64,000 nucleotides of DNA, from the NCBI GenBank assembly GCA_020137815.1, contig CM035361.1:5890001-5954000 (forward strand). Direction: 5' to 3'. The position numbers were made by a program, and so were the translations under genes. Every line of letters starts with the position of its first letter. The first letter of the stretch is position 1. The notes under the pieces are model-generated. The model did no database searches and was not told where the DNA came from. It worked only from the letters and a program-made list of their open reading frames with translations. The stretch comes from Hormiphora californensis (Eukaryota > Animalia > Ctenophora). Shown one piece after another: positions 1 to 28,536 of the stretch.

Positions 1-530
1 GAGTCATTTCAGAGATATCCTAGATGTGATTTAGAGTCATTTCAGAGATATCCTAGATGTGATTTAGAGTCATTTCAGAGATATCCTAGATGTGGTTTAG
101 AGTCATTTCAGAGATATCCTAGATGTGATTTAGAGTCATTTCAGAGATATCCTAGATGTGGATTTAGAGTCATTTCAGAGATATCCTAGATGTGGTTTAG
201 AGTCATTTCAGAGATATCCTAGATGTGGTTTAGAGTCATTTCAGAGATATCCTAGATGTGATTTAGAGTCATTTCAGAGATATGTGTATCCTAGATGTGG
301 TTTAGAGTCATTTCAGAGATATCCTAGATGTGATTTAGAGTCATTTCAGAGATATCCTAGATGTGGTTTAGAGTCATTTCAGAGATATCCTAGATGTGGT
401 TTAGAGTCATTTCAGAGATATCCTAGATGTGATTTAGAGTCATTTCAGAGATATCCTAGATGTGGTTTAGAGTCATTTCAGAGATATCCTAGATGTGGTT
501 TAGAGTCATTTCAGAGATATATGTATCCTA
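1..530. repeat. 33-bp minisatellite
   Basis: Unit GAGTCATTTCAGAGATATCCTAGATGTG(A/G)TTTA repeated about 16 times, running off the window start; it explains the LESFQRYPRC ORF. Confidence 0.97.
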
Positions 531-825
531 TATTTCAGATATATTGTTTTAGAGATATTACTAGTCACGTGACCTAAATAACGAGCTCTGATTGGTTGTT
601 TTCTTGTGTCCTGGAGATATGTATAGTCTTGAGACTCTCTTTAGGACCACACCTACAACAAGAAGTGCGGATAGAAAAGCTGGACAGATTCAAGATCAAT
701 TCAGAGTTTTATAAAATTGCTGCAGCAATATTTAGAACTATCGGAAAGGCAGGTAGCACGGTGACGATATCCTTTCATTTCAGCAGTACCGCATCGACCG
801 TAAAGTGTGTAAATGTAGACGAGGT

Positions 826-1050
<225 letters not shown>

Positions 1051-1184
1051 GATTAAACGCAGTGAAAGAGGAATATCAAGATAGATCGGCAGGCACAAAC
1101 GCGTGTTCACATACATACAGACAATCGTCATCTGGTCAAATGGTGCACTTTCGAAAAAGGCATTAACTCTTCCGCTCAACGGCA

Positions 1185-1231
<47 letters not shown>

Positions 1232-1978
1232 GAGAGAGAGATAGAAAGAAAGAGAAGGAGAGAAACATAGATTTGTGTGTATCACACACTATCACACTAA
1301 TCTATGACACTAACTGAAGACTATCTCTCTCTGCCAATCCCCACTGTCCTTCTTCGTTAAGTTCAGGGACAGTGACGCTGACGTCTATCTTTTCTTAATT
1401 TAAAACGATCTCTCTATCTTTCACCCCTCTCTTTCTTTCTCTCTCTCTTATCTAAGATTCTAGGCTATAGTGACGCTCCCGTGCCATATCAAAAATATAT
1501 TGATCCAGAAAATATTCTTTCTTCAGAGTGTGAATTATGGTGCAGATAGTAAACGTGATTCAGAGTTAAAGATACAGCTAGGAATTATCCACATCGACCT
1601 TTCATTCAGGCTTTGTATAATTTTAAGAAAATTTTGTTCAATTTTAAGAAATTTTTGTTTAATTTTAACCAACTTTGACAATTACAACACAACCAGACAA
1701 AACAAGTGATAATGTAATAGAAATCATCATTTAAAAACAGATAACTAATGATCAAGGATGAATGATATGAGTCTACGTTGTAATATTGCTTTTTACCAAC
1801 TAGGATCAGTTTAAGAACAACAACAAATAAATGAAAATTAAAAAGATAAACAACGATACCAAATCAATAAGTTGAGAAGCTTTCGAAACATTGTGTTTCT
1901 CTTCTTCAGATTAATGAATTAATGAATTAATAATTGATACCTGCTAGGGGGTTAATTAATAATTGATATTTAAGTTAC

Positions 1979-16251
<14,273 letters not shown>

Positions 16252-16259
16252 GGTGCCGC

Positions 16260-16320
16260 GTTGCTATGGTAACTCAGGGCCGTTGCTATGGTAACTCAGA
16301 GGCCGTGTTGCTATGGTAAC
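16260..16320 (-). promoter_or_regulatory. Three tandem RFX X-box-like motifs (GTTGCTATGGTAAC)
   Basis: Copies at 16260-16273, 16282-16295 and 16307-16320 are close to the palindromic X-box GTTGCCATGGCAAC and start 9 bp upstream of the minus-strand ATG at 16251. Confidence 0.5.
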
Positions 16321-17499
16321 TTGTTGAAACAGTTACTAGAACGCACCAAAACAGCAAATGATACAAATTATTAAGAATGTGAGCCACGAATTGAGAGAAG
16401 CCTTGTGGTATCAAAGCTCATGAATACCCAGGAATTTGAGAAATGGGGCGACTAGAGAGCTCTCTCTAGAAGAGATTCTCTCTAAGCTAACTAGAGAGCG
16501 CGATATCTCCGATATAGAGATCTAGCGATAGGGGATCGAGACGCTATCCTCTCGCGAGAGCGCTCTCTATCTCTCTCGATCTCTCGCTCTCTCGCTCTCT
16601 CTCTTCGATCGCTCTCGAGACGATAGCTATCGCCGCGAGACTGATCTAGCTTCTCTAGATATCTCTTATCTCTCGAGCGCTCGCTCTCGTTCGCGTCTCT
16701 CATCTATTCTCCTTCCACTCTCTTCCCCTGCTTCTTCTTCTTTTTTTCTTCTTTTACGCCCCTCTCTCCCCCCCCCTCCTTTCCCCCTCCCATACCATGG
16801 TCGTCTGTCGGTCGGTCGGTGTACAAGTTTGGTAAATTTATGGAATTTTGAACAGGTTTGGATGGTAAATTTATGGAATTTAGAACTTTCTTTGGGAAAA
16901 TGTTTTGGTTTTGATTCATCAATTGTGCAAGAGTGCAAATTGCGAGAACTTTTCAGTATACAAATATGGATAATCCCCCTCATCATGATAATGGTTACCA
17001 TGGTAACAATATTACTGTCAAGGCAACTGCACTTACCGCTACAGCTGCTGAAATCCCCGCTGCTTAATTCACATCCATTCTCCCGTATTTCCGGGATGCT
17101 ATACGATGATTGACTTCCCTCTTTCCCTGCTTCCCCTTGATCCTTAACCATTATGTTATGGGCCTCCATTAATCACCATTTCATCTCATAGCCCATCAAT
17201 TGGTTTCTCTATATTTTTTTCGTCTGTAATCCCTTACTCCTTCCTTCCTAAATTCCTACACTCACTTAACTCTTTCCTCCTCATGCCCTTCTTCCCCTCT
17301 CTTTCTAGTTTTTCGCCCCTCTTGTCTTGTGTTTTCCCCTGCAGGTGTGGTTCCCTCCCGCCCTCCCGCGTGACGTCCCCTCCCCTCGTTTTTCGTGTTT
17401 TCCCTTGCGTTGTTTTTTTTTCCGCCCCCCTCTTTTTTTTTCTTTTTTTTTTTTTTCGCTTGTCTTTTTCCCCGTTATTTTGTCCCCTTTGTTCCAGGA

Positions 17500-18250
17500 A
17501 TATCAGCCACGTCCGAATCGTGTTTCGAATCAGTGAATCTTATCGCATGTCCTGCTGCTAATTAGACGGTTCGGAACGAACCGATACGTGATCCCCATGG
17601 GGCCATTGAATCATAAGTTCACCGAGCGTCAAAATTTCGATTCGATGGGGATCACGTTTCGATTCGTTCCGAACCGTCTAATTAGCAGCAGGACATGCGA
17701 TAAGATGCACCGATTCGAAACACGATTCGGATGTGGCTGGTATACCTTTGAAAAATTTGACAACTTTTTTTTGCAAAATTTTACAGTACGATTGTCAATG
17801 CTTTGATCGGTGCTCCCCATAAATTTTGAGAGAAAAAGTTATTTTGAAATTTTGATACTTCCTCACCCGCTTAGGGTGCCCCGATTTGGCATGGTATCAC
17901 GTATCAGTTCGTTTCGAACCCGCTAATTAGACAGGACATCCAGGAAGCTGCACCGATTCGAAACACATCGGACGGGCTGGTATAACTTAGAAAATTTTTC
18001 ACAATTTTTTTGAAAAATTTATTTGATAGTTTTCTATTTCTAATCAGAAATGATCATGTAATCAATAAATGAATATATTGCATATATGCAATATTCATAA
18101 CAGTTAGAGGTGTCTTTAGTCTTAGTATGGCATTTTGGGCATAAAATAGATTTTTATGGGCCAAATATGGCTCACCTCGATTTAGTGGCACCCCGATTTA
18201 GTGGCAGGATTTCTTTCCCCCGAGGATGCCACTAAATCGGGGTCCGACTG
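17500..18250 (-). mobile_element. About 750-bp non-autonomous element, inverted copy of 33453-34215
   Basis: Internal segment near-identical in reverse orientation to 33490-34150; ends in the CGGGGTCCGACTG|TA TIR; the left end is lost in noisy sequence. Confidence 0.85.
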
Positions 18251-18832
18251 TATCAGTAAAACGACATTTCGCAAAACTGGGAGGAAGTTACATACGAGAG
18301 GAATAAAAATGTGAATTTTGAGGTTCAAATTAAAACTAGCTAAAAATTAAAACAAATAGGAAAAGCACTTTTAATGCAGTAGCAACGTAGGGAGGACACT
18401 AAAAATCATTGCTTGGCGCTTGCCATATAGTTTCGGTAAAAGTGTTCAAACTTTAGCAGTAGTAGTTTTGTATGCATAAAATATATGGACATATGTATAT
18501 GTATACAATCATGCATATGATCAGAAGCTGATAGCCAGTAATACACGTGTGCATAGTGGCCGATTTGATATTAGAGGGTTTTAATTATTAGCTAATTCTC
18601 AGTTGAAAGTAAAACATAGCTTCAAAAACGCAGCATGCAAACATCACTTTCAATGCAAACATCATGCTCTCAATAGTATTTCTGATTTACTAATCTCATC
18701 TAATTTCAAATTCATGTGCTATTGCCATTAGCTTGTCAAAAACGTCTGTTTTTTACATGATAATTATAAATCGTTTTTTGTAAGAAACATAAATGTAAGA
18801 AACATAAATGTTTCTTACATAAATGTTTCTTA

Positions 18833-19487
18833 GGGGGACCACATACAGCACTGTACTGAAATTCGCACCGCCGTATGTGGTGCCTCTAACTTCAGTTCTC
18901 ACTAGCACATACAACACTTTCGGTGCAAACTCCAGTACGCACTGCCGTATGTGGTGCCTCTTACTGATAAATATCGGTGGGACTATCAGTACACAATCTC
19001 ACGTGAGCTTAGCTCAGAAAAGATCAGTACGGTGCTGTATGTGCTCTTCGTACTGAACTGAAAGGTCACGTGGGGGTCACGTGCGCGCACTAGCCAATGA
19101 CAGACCTGCATCTCACAATACACACACACACCCACACCACAGCAACCAATAAGAGGCGCACGCACTCTCACTACGACAGAAAGGGCCACACCTAGAACAA
19201 GGGCGAGATTATCCGACATATCGAGAAAATATGTGCTGCAATCGGGAAAGATAAGAGAGAGATAAGTGGAGATAAACATAACAAGAGAGAGAAAAGGAGG
19301 TAGAGAGAGTTCGGTATTAGTGAGAGGAAGATATTTCACAAAAAATTACGTGTTTTTAGCTTGTTTTGAAGGTTTTTTATTGATTGTTCAGTAAGAGGCA
19401 CCACATACACTCACTGTACTGAAGTTTCCACCGACAGTATGTGGTGCGACGTTCTGGAGTTCGCACCGGTGCTGTATGTGGTCCCCC
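18833..19487. mobile_element. PIF/Harbinger-like (Tourist-type) MITE
   Basis: TTA|GGGGGACCACATACAGCAC...GTGCTGTATGTGGTCCCCC|TTA: 19-bp TIR, 3-bp TTA TSD and subterminal GTATGTGGTG repeats. Confidence 0.88.
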
Positions 19488-19492
19488 TTACC

Positions 19493-19499
19493 AAAAAAA
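19493..19499 (-). terminator. Pol III oligo-T terminator of tRNA-Tyr
   Basis: T7 on the minus strand, 1 nt after the discriminator base. Confidence 0.8.
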
Positions 19500-19500
19500 G

Positions 19501-19591
19501 TCCGACGAACCAGATTTGAACTGGTGACCTAAGGATTACAACGGTTATATGCCTCTACAGTCCTCCGCTCTACCAACTGAGCTACCGTCGG
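19501..19591 (-). tRNA. tRNA-Tyr(GUA) with an 18-nt intron
   Basis: Minus strand reads CCGACGGTAGCTCAGTTGGTAGAGCGGAGGACTGTAG[AGGCATATAACCGTTGTA]ATCCTTAGGTCACCAGTTCAAATCTGGTTCGTCGGA. Acceptor and T stems pair, A and B boxes are present, and the intron (19537-19554) is at the canonical 37/38 position. Confidence 0.96.
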
Positions 19592-20988
19592 GACGAGGTG
19601 AGAGAGTTTCAGACAACTCACATTTTTAAAAGTGTCAAGCAGGTGTGCGGGGAGGACATGTGTGGACTATATCAAAAGAAAACCAGCTATATATGATCTC
19701 TAATTTCTAAACATGATTCTCTCATCACCTGGTTTTTTTAAAAGTATACTGTCTACCTCTCTACCTGAACATCATTGTGTGTACAGCCTTTTTTATTCAT
19801 CTTTCGTTTACATGGTTTTTTGAACAGTGTGCAATTTGACAGCTGTGTACTTGGGAGTTCAATGAATTTAAATACTTTGATAATGAATTTAAATACTAAA
19901 TACTTTGATAAAAACTAGGAAGGAAACAATATTCTCTCTTCACTGGAGATCCCCTAAAAAGTGTTTTTTCTGCAATTTCGAAATTTCAATGTGGGGAATA
20001 TGTCTATATAAGTTTCCATCTTGTGTATCAATTAAAGTAACTGTATAAAGCTTCAACGTCTGTCTGCAAATCACAAAGAGCAGCGCAATGCAAGGACCAC
20101 AAACTGTTGCTATGTTCTAACCCTCCCTTTACATTTGTAAAGGAAGGCGGGGCGCCCGAAACACAGTCTAGCAAGGACCACAAACTACTGTCAACGCGAA
20201 ACTAAATTTCAACATACCCAATACATTGAGCTACCATGCAACTTAATTATCTATCTGACTATAGAAGAGAAACAATTCTACGCCAACAACACAATCAATG
20301 CATATCAATGTAATATCTCACACTAATAGAAAGACAAGATTATTTCAGAAATAAACTTAAGTTTTTCGGGATCCCTGTGGGTGGAAGGTGAACAAGCCCT
20401 GTAATAGCTGTGTTTATGTAAGCCTTTAGACTACAAATTTATAGTTTATGCTATAGCAGTCCGCTTTCAGACTACCGATTCCCACTAACTAGACCCCAAT
20501 TCCCATTGCATAAAATATGAAGCTGTGTTTTCAAATTCGTGTCTACATGCCTATATCTCTCTATCTATCTATGCATGTCTATCTCTATCATATTCAATAT
20601 ATGTCTCTCTCATAATATACTAACAACGTCTATCCCAGAATCTGAGAGGTGGTATATGTGTTCACAATGTGACTTCACATGCTAAGAAGCGTTCACATAG
20701 AGCTTTATAAAAATATATAGTGTCTATCTCCCTCCCTCTCTTTCCTTTCGCTATCTATTGTCTGTCTATCTTTCTATCTTTCTCAGTTTCTTACCCTCTC
20801 TCCATCTCTCTCCGTCCATTTCCCTCTCTATCTCTCCATCTCTTTCCCTTTCCCTTTCCCTTCTCTCTGTCTCCAAAACAGGTAAACTCAGCTATTTCCC
20901 ACTTGTTTGGATTCCACAATGCAGTTACAGTTCAGTGAACTGAAGAACAACGGAAGCCTTCGCATTATACTAATACAGGCTCAAAAAT

Positions 20989-21097
20989 CAGGAACCGACC
21001 GAATCAGGAAATACTGGTCCCTGATTGGCTGATAACCAGTCACGTGACCAAAATAACGAGTTCTGATTGGTTGTTTACTTGCTTCGGTCGGTTCCTG
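20989..21097. mobile_element. 109-bp hAT-like MITE
   Basis: Perfect 8-bp TSD TCAAAAAT and 14-bp TIR. Confidence 0.93.
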
Positions 21098-21151
21098 TCA
21101 AAAATCGACACTTAAGTGATGATGAAATTTCATATTGTCCATACTTCATAC

Positions 21152-21260
21152 TAGGAACCGACCGACACAAGTAAACAACCAATCAAAACTCGTTATTTAG
21201 GTCACGTGACTGGTTATCAGCCAATAAGGGACAAGTATTTCCTGATTCGGTCGGTTCATA
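21152..21260. mobile_element. 109-bp hAT-like MITE (opposite orientation)
   Basis: 8-bp TSD CTTCATAC. Confidence 0.9.
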
Positions 21261-22018
21261 CTTCATACTTACGAATAAGCCGCGTGTGAGAGTCTGAACA
21301 AGACAATTATATAGCAATAAAAATCTAGGAACTGTAGACTTTATAATAAACATGAATTCTCTGAATAAAGGATCAAATATTCGGGCGAAGATAAAAATTC
21401 AGATATATGATATCTCTTGAACAGATCTCATTTGTGATATATTCCGAGGGATCAGCTTTAAATTCTTTCTCTCAGAAAAATGAGATTTCTCTCATTGTCT
21501 CCACTATAATAATACTCGTACACACACTACTTGTCTACTACTACTACTACAACGATCTATGGCCTTTGCTTGGCCGGCATTTTACATTTCCCTTCTTCTA
21601 ATTTTCTCTCTGACTCGAATCATCCCCGCTTCTCTCCTCTTTCAATCACTCCCTTCCTATTTTCCTAGAGCTTGGCTTGTTTTCTTATTTTCCCTTATCT
21701 TGGCTTTCTTCCCTGATCTCTTAAAATTACTTGGTCTACAGTTATAGGAAAAATTACGGTAAAATACTACGGCGACAGATCAACAATTTCCAGACAAATT
21801 CTGATGTATATTACCAGATAACAACAGCCCTAATTAGAACCATAGTCCGTTGAGATTAGTATAACATCCTTGGCCCCAGAAATATGATTATTGCTCACTG
21901 ACAGAAGGCTTTGTCAAGATTCAAGACCAAATCCGTAAATCGTAATGTTCTTACGAATTGAAAATTAAGAAACCGAAAGTCGAAATAAACGGGATCACCA
22001 CAGCAGTACATTGCAGTT

Positions 22019-22127
22019 CAGGAACCGACCGAATCAGGAAAAACTGGTCCCTGATTGGCTGATAACCAGTCACGTGACCTAAATAACGAGCTCTGATTGG
22101 TTGTTTACTTGGTCCGGTCGATTCCTG
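22019..22127. mobile_element. 109-bp hAT-like MITE
   Basis: Full-length family match; TSD not preserved. Confidence 0.88.
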
Positions 22128-23277
22128 GTAATGTTGAATACACTCCGAGTGTATAATGAAGACGTTTGTAGCACTGCAGTTTCAAACGTAGTTCCAAAAT
22201 GAAATTAGTAATTAAAATCATGCTCTCTCTCTCTCTCTCTCTCCCAACGATCCCTCTGACTCTATGCTTTCTATAACCTCTATATCATGGTCTCTTTCTC
22301 GATGTATCCTTTTCTATCTTGCTCCCTCCCTTTCTTTCTAAACTTCTTAATCAAAATACAGAAACCGAAACCAACAAAAAATACAGACGAAGAGAAAGGA
22401 TCATATAAGATCAGCTAGTGTTCTTCAAAAGCCGTCACAGGAACGTTCATTGTATCGAAATACACACACTCTCTCGATACAGGCGTTCATTTTCCAAGAT
22501 GATATTACCAGATGAGTCTAGATAGACGGATAGAATGAGGGAGTGAGGGAGGGAGTGATAAAAAGAGAGATAGAGAAAGGGAGGTAGGGAGATGGAGGGA
22601 GAGAGAGATTAGAGTGAGTGATAGAGAGAGAGAGGGAGAGGAGAGAGGGAGAGAGAGGAAGTGATAGAGATTAGAGGGAGTGATAGATGGTGTGATAGAT
22701 GGTGTGAGAGAAAAGAGGTGATTGGACCAACAATGCCGTAAAGGTCCATATCGCACAAAGCAAGCACGAGCCTGTCAACCAAAAATTATGGCGACCATTA
22801 AAAAACACTAATGCTTTAGTTTGAAGAAATCATTATGTAGTAAACAATCCAAACGTGAAAAGAAGCGATGAGAGAGATAACATCCCAGAATAATTGTCAG
22901 CCAAATAATTTGATAATTATAATTATGTGAAATTAGTAGACGTCCAGAGCTACTAAAATTAGCATTGAATTCCAAATGTAGTTATGTAATTATATCGTCT
23001 TGCTCACATAATTATTCAATCACATTATGTCTACAACAATCGTGACGCGGTTAATTAAATCATATAACGTCAAATACTTAATTAAATAATAAATCATATA
23101 ACGTCAAATATTTTACCAGCGTATAATGTGTTTTATAGAAATGTGTACACCATGGCTATGTCTGCTGTCTATATAATTTCGACTGAGAAATGAGTGTCGA
23201 CGTAAAGTAGCTATACATTGATCAAATACTGTATTTAGTGGTCAAGTAATACATCATTGAGGAGCACTTTATTTATT

Positions 23278-23353
<76 letters not shown>

Positions 23354-23986
23354 CAGAGAGGGGGAGAGAGAGAGAGAGAAAGAGAGAGATATAGATTCTT
23401 CTAGCGTGTGTAACTTACATCAATAACTTCAGATATGTCAGGACTGAACGATAAAATTCCAGGAAAATAATTCTGGCAATGAGCCAAAGAAATAACCGAA
23501 TGAGTTAAAACCAACTTAAGGAAAAAAGCCGAGGTCTCGAAAAAACGGGTCACTTGACCTCCCAACGATACTTGTACCCTTTTTAACCCAATGAGAGGTC
23601 CATGCAGAGAGCCCTGCATCTGAGACCCGGAACTAGGTACCCACAATCACGTGCATTTTTACACGTGCAATGTGGCTTACAAATAGAAGCTTTTGGTGCT
23701 TAAACACAACACTAAACAGGCTCAGATAAAAAGAGCGATTCTGAGTTCCAGGGATCCGAGCTTACAGAAACATGCACAGTCGAGGTGTAATAACCAAAAA
23801 AGCAGCTATGAGTACATGAACAAAAGCCGCATCACGTACTGGGATTTTCTGTGTTTCACAAATTCATTTTGACAGTTGAAAAGGGGAGTTTTTGGGTATA
23901 TATAAATCAGATTACCAATGTCAAGCAGAGAGAGAGAGAATCAGAGAAAGATAGAGAATAAGAGAGAGAGAGACAGAGAGAGAGAC

Positions 23987-24072
<86 letters not shown>

Positions 24073-24526
24073 TAATAGATACATAGCCCACCCTACTACT
24101 GTAGATTTATAGGCTATACCGTTGTTTCGTAATCAATACTAATACGGAAAGTTAGAGGAATCACAAACAAATTGACACAGCTCTCCCGCGGTATTATAAT
24201 TTGTATTATAAGCTGGTCGAATTAATATAATGGCATAATACGGTATTATCCCTTTTTAATTCCCCGCTTGAATAATTGCATATTATGCCTATTGACCAAT
24301 TCTACAGATACAGGTCATCGGTAATCCCTGTTAAATTGATTACATTAAAACTGCCAATCACGGTCTTCATCAGCGGTGCTGGTATCACTTATGTCTTATA
24401 ATGTGCAATTGGCCCACGTGCGTAGGGTCCCCAAACGAGGATTCAAGCCCATGGAAATCCCTCAAATCAAGTCAAAATCTAATCAAAACTGTTAGTTTCT
24501 GCCAATGAAAGAATATATATATATAT

Positions 24527-25206
24527 ATGAGGCATAAACTCTGGCCACCGGCGCGTTATTTCAGATAACTTTCTCCCAGCGCGCCGCTGGGAGAAGTTAG
24601 CTGGAGTTTATCCGCCGCTGGCGGATAAACTGGTTTAAATCACGACGACGATCCCGAGGCGGAGCCGAGGGAGAGGCGGAGGGGTTTAAACCTATAACGT
24701 GCCAGTGGTCAGAGTTTATGGGTTATATACCCTGCTTTAGTTGTTTATTTCAAGTATTACACACCAACAAGAGAGAGAACACTAATCAAAACACACAAAG
24801 AGAACTGAGAAATAGTTAAAAACACGTCACAATTGAGTGTACACTGTTTGGTAACAGTTACTAAGCAGTTGCTAAGGAAAGAGAGTGAAAGAAATAGCCT
24901 GATAAGGGGCATGTCACAAATAACACAGAGAAAGAGATAGTGAGACAAAAGGGGAGATAAAGAGAGAGTAATTGACGGAATGTGTCCTTTCTTTTTCTCC
25001 AATGTAGTGTGTAAGTGTTGCACATAGTGTTCCCTCTGTATTTTAGTAAGAACTGATCATTTACACACACTTTGAATGTTAGGTAGGAGTTAAAAATAAA
25101 TAACCTGCCAGTGGGAAATAATCTGCCGCTGGACTGGCTGTTTACTGAGAGCGCGCTAGTGGGACTTCTCGCCACTGGCGCATTATTTAAGTTAGCAGGG
25201 TATATA
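24527..25206 (+). mobile_element. About 680-bp interspersed element without TSD (copy 1 of 3)
   Basis: Near-identical reversed copies at 42586-43243 and 54394-55075; internal palindromes CCCAGCGCGCCGCTGGG and GTTTATCCGCCGCTGGCGGATAAAC. Confidence 0.88.
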
Positions 25207-25455
25207 TATATATATGTTAAAACACTCAGTACATCTGAGGTGCTGATCAGTGTCCAATGCTGCAGAGCTCTTATAGGAACTGATCCCCAAGAAAGGTAAA
25301 CGAATCCCAAAGATTAACTAATTAATTCACATAATTAATAATTACTCCTAGTCACCTTCAACACCAGAAGTACAACAGAAGAGTACACAGCTCCTATAGC
25401 TATAAAACGTCGCGTATAGGCTAGATCTAGAATTGGAGAGTTCTAGAGTTCTAGC

Positions 25456-25554
25456 CAGGAACCGACCGAATCAGGAAATACTGGTCCCTGATTGGCTAAT
25501 AACCAATCACGTGACCTAAACAACGAGTTCTGATTGGTTGTTTACTTATTCCTG
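25456..25554. mobile_element. hAT-like MITE (small internal deletion)
   Basis: 8-bp TSD GTTCTAGC. Confidence 0.9.
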
Positions 25555-25846
25555 GTTCTAGCATATAGCTGCGACGTGCTCATAACGCCAATGTGCACTA
25601 CCCGGCAATGAACATGATCAAGTGTGCAGCTGCTGCTGTGAGTCTGTCAAACATATTGGCTGCTGCTGTAGTGGCCACGAGTTGATCAAGTCTGAACAGT
25701 TCAGTGAACACACGTTACTATATGTCTGCAGTGTACATCATATCAAGTTGGATCACATGTCATACACATTCCTATGGACGGCAATTGGTAGTCCCCGGAT
25801 ATCAACCAAAGAGAGAGCGTTTTTTGATCTCTCTGATACGATAGAG

Positions 25847-25955
25847 CAGGAACCGACCGACACAAGTAACCAACCAATCAGAACTCGTTATTTAGGTCAC
25901 GTGACTGGTTATCAGCCAATCAGGGACCAGTATTTCCTGATTCGGTCGGTTCCTG
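25847..25955. mobile_element. 109-bp hAT-like MITE
   Basis: Full TIRs; produces the EPTDTSNQPIRTRYLGHVTGYQ pseudo-peptide. Confidence 0.88.
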
Positions 25956-26961
25956 ATGAAAATCTTTCGAATTTAATTGATCCATCTAAGAGTACAGGCT
26001 ACTGCTCATAAGAATTTATAGTACTACGTACACAGAATTATAGTTTAAGCACGTCTTTTAGACTACATGTACATGCTTAATCTCTCTATTACTTTTACCC
26101 TCTTTTATCTTCATTTCATTCCTTTTTATGTCTCTTCGTTCATTTCTCTCTTTTTCTTAATCTCCCAAACTCTCTTGTTTTCTTTCTCTCACTCCCTCTC
26201 TCTCTCCCTTCTCTTCTCCGTTCTTTCTTCTTCCTCTCGCATCCTCTTTTTTACTCTTTCATTTTCTCTTTCGGTTCTTCTACTGCAGTCTACACTATCA
26301 TTAACATGTCCCATCTCTACCTAATCACCATGGTTACCATGGTAACTATATAGGAACACAGCTGAATTAAATTCACGAAAGATGGAGGCAATTACAGCAG
26401 CAAAATGGGAACATGCGTATTATAGCGGAGAAAAGCAAAACAAAGAATAACTGAGGCAAAAGCAAAGCAAAATGAAATTGAATGAAAAAATCAACAAAAT
26501 TATTTTGTGCTAGATTTCAGCAGTGTATGCAAAACTCAATTTTCGAAATTGTTTATAAATTGGAGATTTAGATTTTTTTAAAATCTCATACGTTCAAAAA
26601 CTCGCGAAGATTTTGAGAATTCATCACCCTTTTGTTTCATGCATTAATGATTTCTCGTCAGAAATTCCATGTTTCCATGCAATGCTTATTTCAACATTTC
26701 CCGTGTAAAATTCAGGTATTACAGCATTGTATAGGGAATAAGCGGTGAGAAAATGCCATATGTGGTTTTTGGTGACATAGACACCTGGCGCGACCCCCGT
26801 GTGTGAGCTCAATCTCGGTCGTGCCAGGTGTCTATGTCAACCAAATGTGGTTTGTGGGATTTTGGGATCAGATTGATAGACTTCAAAATGAAGTTAAAAA
26901 ACAAACAACTTACACTTATAATAGCTGGCAACAAAACAAAACAGACAAACAAACAACTTAC

Positions 26962-27073
26962 AGCTAGCCACAGAATGCCTCCTTCTATTGGCTTCATTCA
27001 GGTCAGTCAGTGAGGGACGGGAGATGGTGGACACACGACGGTTCCTGGCCGCAGTATACAGAGCTGGATTCAT
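26962..27073 (-). CDS. Candidate coding exon MNPALYTAARNRRVSTISRPSLTDLNEANRRRHSVAS
   Basis: Poly-C...CAG acceptor before 27112, ACCATG start, GTAAGT donor in phase 1; possibly an upstream or alternative exon of the minus-strand gene. Confidence 0.5.
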
Positions 27074-28536
27074 GGTCCCCGCTGCTCCTCTGAGATGACC
27101 GCGTTATACCTCCTGCGGGGGGGGGGGGGGTTGGAAAATAGGTGATATCACACCCAAGATCATTTAATTAATATGATCACGCTAACCTCTAGGAGGTGGA
27201 AACCACTGTGTAGTGTGAAGAGAAAATTTTTATTTTCATACATTTTCTCGGAAAAGGTATGTACATCAACGAAAATGTTGTAAGATATTTCATACCCTCC
27301 TTCAATTCAAATCGAACTTCACACACTTGCACTCAGATGAAATAATGAAATTGAATTGTTCAAATAGCAGCGCCATATTGCACAGTATATTATACCTGTT
27401 TTTATTTCGTCTTCCTTTACTCTAGATCCCCTCACTCTCGCATGCCACGGGAGATCAAGTATCACAGATCACATTTCAGGTCATATGGCTGGCTAAATTA
27501 GGGAAAACACAGATCATATTTCAGGTCGTATGGCTAACAAATAAAAAAACGAAAAAAAAAAGGTTTCAAAAAAAAAAAATTTTAAAAAGGAAGTTTTGAG
27601 AAAGCACCCAAAAGGCTTTACGTTTCGTTTTTGCAGCCCCCACAAAAACTCTTTTTTTTAAACAAAACGTCAAATCAACAATCAACCAAGCCTAACGTTT
27701 CAAATTTAGAATAAAACAACATATGATGCTAAGAGTGCATTTCTCTCCTCCTTATCCTTTCTCTTCTTCCTCCTCCGGGGGCCCTCCCTTTTCCTCCCCC
27801 CTTCCCCCTCTCCCCCCTCCCCTTTTCCCTTCTCCCCTCCCCTTTCCTTCCCCCCTTCTTTCTCTCTTCTCCTTTTTCTTCCCTACGCTCTCCCCCCCCC
27901 TTCCCATCTCCTTTCTCCCCTCTCTCTGTCTCCCCTCCATTTTATCTATCTCTCTATCCCTCTATCGTTTCCTATTTTTCTCTGCTACCCTCATTATCAC
28001 CTATCAGCGACTGTATAACAAACCATTGGAGCGTTCTCCAAACAATGGTAAATTTAGATATTTCTCACTCTCTCTCACTCTCTCTCTCACTCTCTCTCTC
28101 TCTTTTTCTCTCTCTCTCTCTCTCTCTCTTTCTTCTCTATCTTTCTATCTCTCTCTCTCTCTTTCTCTCTCTCTGTCTCCCTCTCTCTTTCAGTTTCACA
28201 AGTACTCAAACGCTTGAAGAATGAATAACAAAAATAATATAATACCTGCATCACTAAATTACTGGTGCGTTTACTATAGCTTGGACTCGTGTTTAGTAGG
28301 CAAACTGTGCTACTGTCAGACCCCGATTTGCCGGGACCCCGATTGACCGGGATCCTCGGGGGGGAAACCAAATTTTTCCCCGGGAAATTTGGGAGATTCG
28401 GGGTGATATTTGGGTAAACTTCCCCCATATAGTATTTTAGAAAAATTTTAAAGGGGGGGAAGTGTGCCAAAATTGACGCTGAAAATTTAGCTATTTTGAA
28501 AAACCCCGGGTGAAACCCGGGTGAAAACCCCCCCCC

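Noticed and set aside
1-530. 33-bp repeat array as a CRISPR array or repeat protein
   Set aside because: Head-to-tail units with no unique spacers, no cas genes and a eukaryotic context; the ORF arises only because 33 is divisible by 3.
24757-25023. MQHLHTTLE ORF family (also 42748 and 54579)
   Set aside because: Chance ORFs inside the ~680-bp repeat, with variable ends and no recognisable motif.
25622-26011. Recurrent peptide QPIRTRYLGHVTGYQPIRDQYFLIRSV as a protein domain
   Set aside because: It is the translation of the 109-bp TIR/TSD-bounded MITE.
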